DNA from: an uncultured Actinomycetota bacterium
GTDB taxonomy: Bacteria > Actinomycetota > Actinomycetes > Mycobacteriales > CAVVZQ01
Direction of reading: 5' to 3'
Length of the DNA: 64,000 nt
NCBI GenBank assembly: GCA_963752715.1
Contig: CAVVZQ010000002.1
Coordinates: 139,542-203,541, forward strand
The translations under genes were made by a program, and so were the position numbers. Positions 54,164 to 64,000 of the stretch are shown here, one piece after another. How positions within the stretch are numbered: position 1 is the stretch's first letter; the number at the start of each line of letters is the position of its first letter. A model generated the notes under the pieces. It ran no database searches. It was not told the DNA's origin and saw nothing but the letters and a program-made list of their open reading frames with translations.

Positions 54164-55207
54164 GATTCACCCCGTCCCTCCGCTGGGGGGCTCCGGCGGG
54201 GCTCCGGCGGTGCTCCGGTGGGGGCTCCGGACCGGGCACGAGGGTGCGCCATCGCGTACACCTCGCGGAGCGAGTCGACGGTGACCTTGGTGTAGAGCTG
54301 GGTCGTGGTCACCGAGGAGTGCCCGAGCAGCTCCTGCACGACGCGCACGTCAGCTCCGCCCTCCAGCAGGTGGGTTGCGAACGAGTGGCGCAGCGTGTGG
54401 GGCGAGATGGTGCTGGCGGTCGCCTCCGGCAGCCCCGCCTTCTCCGCCGTGCTGCGCAGGATCATCCACGCGCTCTGCCTGCTCAGCGCTCCACCCCGGG
54501 CGTTGAGGAACAGCATCGGGGTGCCGCGCCCGTGCCGGGCAAGCTCTGGTCTGGCGCGGACGAGGTAGGCGTCCACGGCCGAGCGCGCGTAGGACCCGAT
54601 GGGCACCACGCGGGTCTTGGACCCCTTCCCGAGCAGCCGCACGCTGCCCTCGCCGGTGTCCACGTCGTCCACCGCCAGCCCCACCGCCTCCGTGACGCGG
54701 GCACCGGTCCCGTAGAGAAACTCGAGCAGGGCGCGGTCGCGCAGCGCCAGCGGCGAGTCACCGGCGGCGGCAGCGAGGATGCGCTCCACGTCCGCCACCG
54801 GCAGTGCCTTGGGGAGGCGCTGCGGTAGTCGGGGGGCACGCACCTGGTGTGCGGTGTCGAGCCGGGTGAGGCCCTCCCGTACGGCGAAGGCGTGCAGGCT
54901 TCGCACCGCTGCGAGGGAGCGGGCGGCGCTACTTGCAGCGAGGGCCTGGTGGTGCTCGGTTACCCGTACGCAGGGTCGCGAGATAGTCGGCCACGTCCTC
55001 CGGCGAGACGTCGTCCAGGCTGGCTCGCCCCAGCGAGGTGAGGTGCGCCAGGTAGCGGCGCAGATCACGGGTGTACGCGGCCAGCGTGTGGGGGGACGCA
55101 CCCCGCTCGACAGCCAGGTGGTCCAGGTAGGCGGTCGCAGCGGCCGTCAGCGCCGCCGGGACCTCCGGGTCCGCGGCGGTGCTGCTCGCTGCCGGTGCGC
55201 CCGTCAC
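54160..55207 (-). pseudogene. xerD: tyrosine recombinase XerD, reading frame interrupted by one extra base (or assembly indel)
   Basis: The N-terminal domain ([41 protein letters not shown]) is in the frame from GTG 55207 and stops at 54929. The catalytic core ([46 protein letters not shown]) is in the frame ending at 54160. The switch lies near 54958-54964. Confidence 0.75.
54187..54230. repeat. 11-bp tandem repeat x4 (ggggctccggc)
   Basis: Lies in the 3' tail of xerD, after the conserved ..AMAHPRA end and just before the scpA start. Confidence 0.85.
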
Positions 55208-56337
55208 CCCACCCCGTTTCCGCCACGCCGAAGGACTTCCTCCGGCGGTGTGACCGGCAAGCCGTGCGCGTCCGCCACCGGAGGCGAGACGAGCGCCCCG
55301 GCCGCGGTGTTGACGCCGGCTCTGAGCGCCGGGTTCCTGCTCACCGCATCCTGCCAGCCACGCCCGGCCAGCTCCACCACGTACGGGAGCGTGGCGTTGG
55401 TCAGCGCAAAGGTGGAGGTGTGAGGCACGGCTCCCGGCATGTTCGCGACGCCGTAGAAGACGCTGTCGTGGATCGGGAAGGTCGGTGCCTCGTGCGTGGT
55501 CGGTCGTGCGCCGGCCACGCACCCGCCCTGGTCCACGCTGATGTCCACGATCACGCTGCCGGGCAGCATCCCCGCGACCATCTCGTCGTCGACCAGAACC
55601 GGCGTACGTGCTCCGTGCACCAGCACCGCGCCGATGACGGCATCGGCCTCCGAAACGGCGCGTGCGACCTCGTGGCGGTTGGAGGTGACGGTCTGAAGGT
55701 GACCCCGGTAGATGGCATCGAGGGCACGCAGCCGGGTCACATCCCGGTCCAGCACGGTCACCTCGGCGTGCAGCCCGACCGCGATGGCCGCGGCGTTGCT
55801 CCCCGCCACGCCCGCGCCGAGAACCACGATCCGTGCCGCATGCACCCCCGACACACCGCTGATCAGCACTCCGCGGCCGCCCCGCTCCCGTTCCAGCAGC
55901 GATGCGGCCACCTGAGGGGCCATCCGGCCGGCCACCTCCGACATCGGGGTCAGCAGCGGCAGGGAGCCGTCGGCCAGCTCGACGGTCTCGTAGCCGATGC
56001 CCACGGTCCCCGAGCCGAGCAGCGCTTCGGTGCACCTGCGGTCCGCCGCGAGATGCAGGTAGGTGAACAGGACGAGCCCGGGGCGCAGGTACCTGTACTC
56101 CTGCGGGGTGGGCTCCTTGACCTTGAGAACGAGATCGGCGGCCCAGGCCTCGCCGGCCTCCGCCACGAGGGTGGCTCCCGCGGACCGGTAGTCGGCGTCC
56201 GGGAGCCGGCTGCCCGCCCCCGCGTCGGCCTGGACGAGGACCTGGTGGCCGGCTCGGCTGAGCTCGTGGGCGCCCGCCGGGGTCAGGGCAACGCGGTACT
56301 CCGCGGTCTTGGTCTCAGCCGGCACCCCGATGCGCAT
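55204..56337 (-). CDS. ald: alanine dehydrogenase
   Basis: MRIGVPAETKTAEYRVALTPAG..., VVLGAGVAGSNAAAIA. Confidence 0.9.
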   Translation of the reverse strand: MRIGVPAETKTAEYRVALTPAGAHELSRAGHQVLVQADAGAGSRLPDADYRSAGATLVAEAGEAWAADLVLKVKEPTPQEYRYLRPGLVLFTYLHLAADRRCTEALLGSGTVGIGYETVELADGSLPLLTPMSEVAGRMAPQVAASLLERERGGRGVLISGVSGVHAARIVVLGAGVAGSNAAAIAVGLHAEVTVLDRDVTRLRALDAIYRGHLQTVTSNRHEVARAVSEADAVIGAVLVHGARTPVLVDDEMVAGMLPGSVIVDISVDQGGCVAGARPTTHEAPTFPIHDSVFYGVANMPGAVPHTSTFALTNATLPYVVELAGRGWQDAVSRNPALRAGVNTAAGALVSPPVADAHGLPVTPPEEVLRRGGNGVG

Positions 56338-56340
56338 GTC

Positions 56341-60905
<4,565 letters not shown>

Positions 60906-60909
<4 letters not shown>

Positions 60910-63303
60910 GAGGGCTCCCGACCCGCAGTCGCCGCCTCCGGTACTGCTTGCGCCAGTTCGGCCGCCTGGGCTGAGGTGTCATCGTCCGCCGGGCTGCTCC
61001 GTCCCCAAGCCGGGTCGACCTGACGCATGCCGATCGCCACCAGCAGTGGGACGAGGGTAGCGATCACGACTGCGGCGATGGCCACGCTGGAGTCGTTGAC
61101 AAGGGACCCGATGAGGGCGCAGAACGCCACCGTGACGACCGCGTAGCGCAGCCGCGGCGACTCCCGCAACGCCTGTGGGACCCCGCTGAACCGACGGCGC
61201 AGGAAGAACCAGGCGAACACCGCGACCGCCGGGAGAGTCAAGGTCAGTGGACTGTTCAGCAACAGGTTGATGTTGTTGGTGAGCTTGCGCATCACGACGT
61301 CGAAGGCCTCCCCCGAGAGAAGGTCCTCGAAGAAGCGACCGAAGTGGGAACGTTCCTCCGGGGGCCGCAGGTAGTCCAGGTACATCACGCCCAGCGCCGC
61401 CAGTCCCGCCGCACCCAGCACGACGAGGACCTTCCACAGGCGGAGCCTGATCTCCAGGTTGAGGAGAATGAGCAGGCCGACTGAGGCGAACATCGTGATG
61501 GTGCCGCCGAAGTTGTTGCCCCACGCGGGGTTCGCGACCACGGCGGTGCCCGCCAGTCCCACAACGCTGATGACCAGCACCGCCGGCCATCTGCTCCAGC
61601 GGTGGGTCAGGATCCCCAGCCCCAGCAGCAGGCCCGTGGCGTACAGGGCGAACGCGGTGTTGGCGAAGCCGACGAAACGTCCGGCCACGATCGCGTCGTA
61701 CCCGTTGATGCTGCCGAACTCCAGGTAGGCGCCGGCCATCACGTCGTAGCCCAGCACGAGCGCCGAGAGCACGGCGATGACACCAGCCGGACCGAGCACC
61801 ACGTAGCGTCGCAGCGGACCTCGCCGCCACGGAATCAGGAGCGCCAGGACAACAACAGGGACCACCCAGATCGTGACCCAGGTGGCGTAGAAACCGGCCG
61901 GGATGATCTGCCGCCACCACGGCAGGAGCTGGCCGAGGAAGGTGGCCAGCTGCACTGCTGCCACACTGAGCCCGGTGATCTGCAGGCCACGTCGAACCCG
62001 CAGCGCCTCGGTACCGCGACCCTCCCCCTCCAGACGGCGCGCGGCCAGCATCAGGGCCCCCGCCACAACGAAGAACAGCACGACCAGTCCGGTCAGCGCG
62101 CCCCACCAGAAGTCCACTGTGTGGTAGTGGGTGCGGTTCATCAGGTCCTGATCGACCATCCAGAGCTGATCGTCCTCCAGCGGCCGCTCACGCTGCTGGT
62201 CAGAGGCGAGGTCCTGCCCGCTCATGGCGGAGGGCTTCGCCACACCGAGCAGCCCCAGGGCGGTCGGCGCGATGTCGATCAGCTGTGCGTACGGGGTTCG
62301 CCGCGTGCTGGGGGACACCAGCCAGGACTCGGGGTCAAAGCTCGGCCCCCGGGCAGACAGCAGATGCAGGGACTGACCCTCCCGCCCGACCTGCGGAGAC
62401 ACCGACCACGAGGAGAGCACTGTCCGCAGGCCGGGCTGCGTCCACCCGGGCCACGAGCGCGTCGATGTCGGCGAGTGCGTCATTGACCCCTGGGGGGACC
62501 GACACGAGCTGCTCGGCGGCGACGATCGTGACGGGACAGACCCCGAGCAGGGCGGCCACGGCCTCATCGTCGGCGGGCAGAGCGGGCCGGTAGACGTCCA
62601 CCACCCCGCGGGTGTCCGCCGCCGCCAGCGCGCCCCCCGGTGCAACCCCGGTGACACACCGCAGCGACGCCGCCAGCAGGCCCGGAACGGCCCCGTGATG
62701 GAGGTTGGAATTGTCCTCCACGATGAGTCCCATCTCGGGGATCACCGCTCCGCCCGAGCTGTTCTGCACCGGTGTGATGTAGGGGAAGTAGGTCTGGCAG
62801 GAGCTTCCCGCGATGGACGGGCCACGGGCGCGGTTGCCGGCGCTCAGCGTGAGCCAGCCGTCGGCGGGGCAGGTCAGGCTGCGCGCGGCGCGCACCGAGA
62901 CCAGGCCGATGCCGGCCGACTCCGCACCGGCCCAGATCGTCGGCGTGACGACGCTGTTGACCTGGTCCCAGCGCAGCCCTGGCACGCCGACAATGACAAC
63001 GTGGCGCACCGCGGGGGCGTCGCCCTCGGTCGGAACTGCCTCGCCGGCCCCTTGATCCGTACTTCCGTCAGCGGGGTCCTCGGCCACCGCTGCGGGCCCT
63101 GTCAGCTGGGCACCCGGTGCCGCAACGAGGCTTGCCCGAGCGACCCCAGGAGCAACCGCAGCCACGAGGGTGACCAGAACTAGGGCCAGGACCAGCACCA
63201 CCAGTATCGGCAGCGCGGCCGGCGCGGCGGTGCGCAGGCCCAGGGGCTCCGGCAGCGCCCGCCCCGGGGGCCACCGGAAAGCCAAGCTCGAGCCGATCGT
63301 CAC
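60906..63303 (-). pseudogene. large polytopic membrane protein, paralog 2, frame broken by one extra base near 62388-62403 (or assembly indel)
   Basis: The ectodomain (VVIVGVPGLRWDQV, LTCPADGWLTLSAGNRA, IVAAEQL ... LLVVGVS) is in the frame from GTG 63303. The continuation (PQVGREGQSLHLL..YAQLIDIAP.. plus TM domain with GNNFGGT and YLRPPEERSHFGRFFEDLLSGEAFDVV) is in the frame ending at 60906. Colinear with paralog 1. Confidence 0.6.
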
Positions 63304-64000
63304 GAAGTGGGCCCCAGCAGCTCCGCGTAGACGGCAGCCACCTGGTCGACGGTGTCCTCCTCGTCCGGCCACGACTCGGAGATCTCCTTGCCGCGTCGCG
63401 CCAGCCGGGCTGCCTCCTCCGGATCGTCGAGCAGGCGGGTGACCGCCTGCGACAGCGCCTCCGGGTCGCCGTCGGGCACGAGCACCGCGGCACCCCCGCC
63501 CAGCAGCCCCGGCAGGCCGCCCACCGCGGTGGACACCAGCGGGCGGCCCGCTCGGCACGCCTCCTGGGCCACCAGCGCGCGCGCCTCCCACTTGCTCGAC
63601 AGGACCACCAGGTCCGCGGCCTGCAGCAGGTCCGGTACGTCCGAGCGGCGGCCGAGCAGCCGCACCGGCGCACCCGTCTCGTCGATCATGGCCTGCAGCT
63701 CCTCCTCGGAGGGACCGCTTCCCGCAATCACCAGGAGCGGAACCGGGTCGCGCTCCTTCCACGCCAGCGAGGCCGTGATGAGGGTCGGGAAGTCCTTCTG
63801 CGGGTGCAGGCGGCCGACCGAGAGCAGCAGTGGCTCGTCTCCCACACCGAGCTCGGCGCGAACCTCCTCGCGGGTTCGTGTCGGCGGGTCCATGGGCGGC
63901 GCGGCGACCGGAGCCATCCGCGCGTCACCGGCGCCGAGCCGGTGGGCGCGCTCGACGAGGTCCTCGGAGGCTCCCAGCGTGATGTCCGGACCACGCGCGA
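63300..64000 (-). CDS. glycosyltransferase family 4 (GT-B), C-terminal part; 5' end beyond the window
   Basis: LLSVGRLHPQKDFPTLI..., LLGRRSDVPDLLQAADLVVLSSKWEARALVAQEACRAGRPLVSTAVGGLPGLL. The frame stays open to base 64000 by my translation. Confidence 0.75.
   Translation of the reverse strand, partial: ARGPDITLGASEDLVERAHRLGAGDARMAPVAAPPMDPPTRTREEVRAELGVGDEPLLLSVGRLHPQKDFPTLITASLAWKERDPVPLLVIAGSGPSEEELQAMIDETGAPVRLLGRRSDVPDLLQAADLVVLSSKWEARALVAQEACRAGRPLVSTAVGGLPGLLGGGAAVLVPDGDPEALSQAVTRLLDDPEEAARLARRGKEISESWPDEEDTVDQVAAVYAELLGPTS

Overview
High-GC (roughly 70%) actinobacterial chromosome, almost fully coding: about 68 protein genes, one tRNA, no rRNA. I saw no CRISPR, transposase, integrase or recognisable defence gene. 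Gene content matches three Mycobacterium tuberculosis/Streptomyces core neighbourhoods (synteny recalled from memory). (1) 0.6-5.8 kb: lnt-ppm1-fxsA with convergent rbpA. (2) 14.3-21.4 kb: pgsA-gcvH-garA-MerR-nuclease-MerR-glycine dehydrogenase. (3) 48.6-64 kb: one minus-strand chain, GT4 - two paralogous membrane proteins - pyrG - NUDIX - ald - xerD - scpA - scpB - rluB - aroH - cmk - der, mostly joined by 4-nt GTGA/ATGA stop-start overlaps. Between these blocks lie metabolic, transport and DUF genes. The clearest accessory patch is 43.7-48.4 kb. It holds a truncated methyltransferase, a secreted lyase-like/PKD protein, and a decayed insert bounded by 43-bp direct repeats of the tRNA-Pro(GGG) 3' half. 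Points worth a second look: (a) a dif-like 28-mer at 10670-10697 with gene orientation converging on it, so the window may span the replication terminus; (b) single-base frame breaks in xerD and in one of the two large membrane-protein paralogs, which may be real or assembly indels; (c) an unusually high density of locus-specific short tandem repeats (6-31 bp units, 2-5 copies) at gene boundaries and in frame inside genes, including a 200-bp array with seven copies of a 13-nt core at 34451-34645; (d) three uncharacterised coupled modules: a SAM hydrolase (DUF62) with an SDR-like 521-aa protein, TrkA-TrkA-amidase-E2-like acyltransferase-sucrase/ferredoxin-like protein, and GT4 with duplicated alkaline-phosphatase-like polytopic membrane proteins; (e) a split gcvPA/gcvPB where relatives carry a fused gcvP. 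None of these is proven to be a new system. All product calls rest on motif recognition by eye, not on searches.
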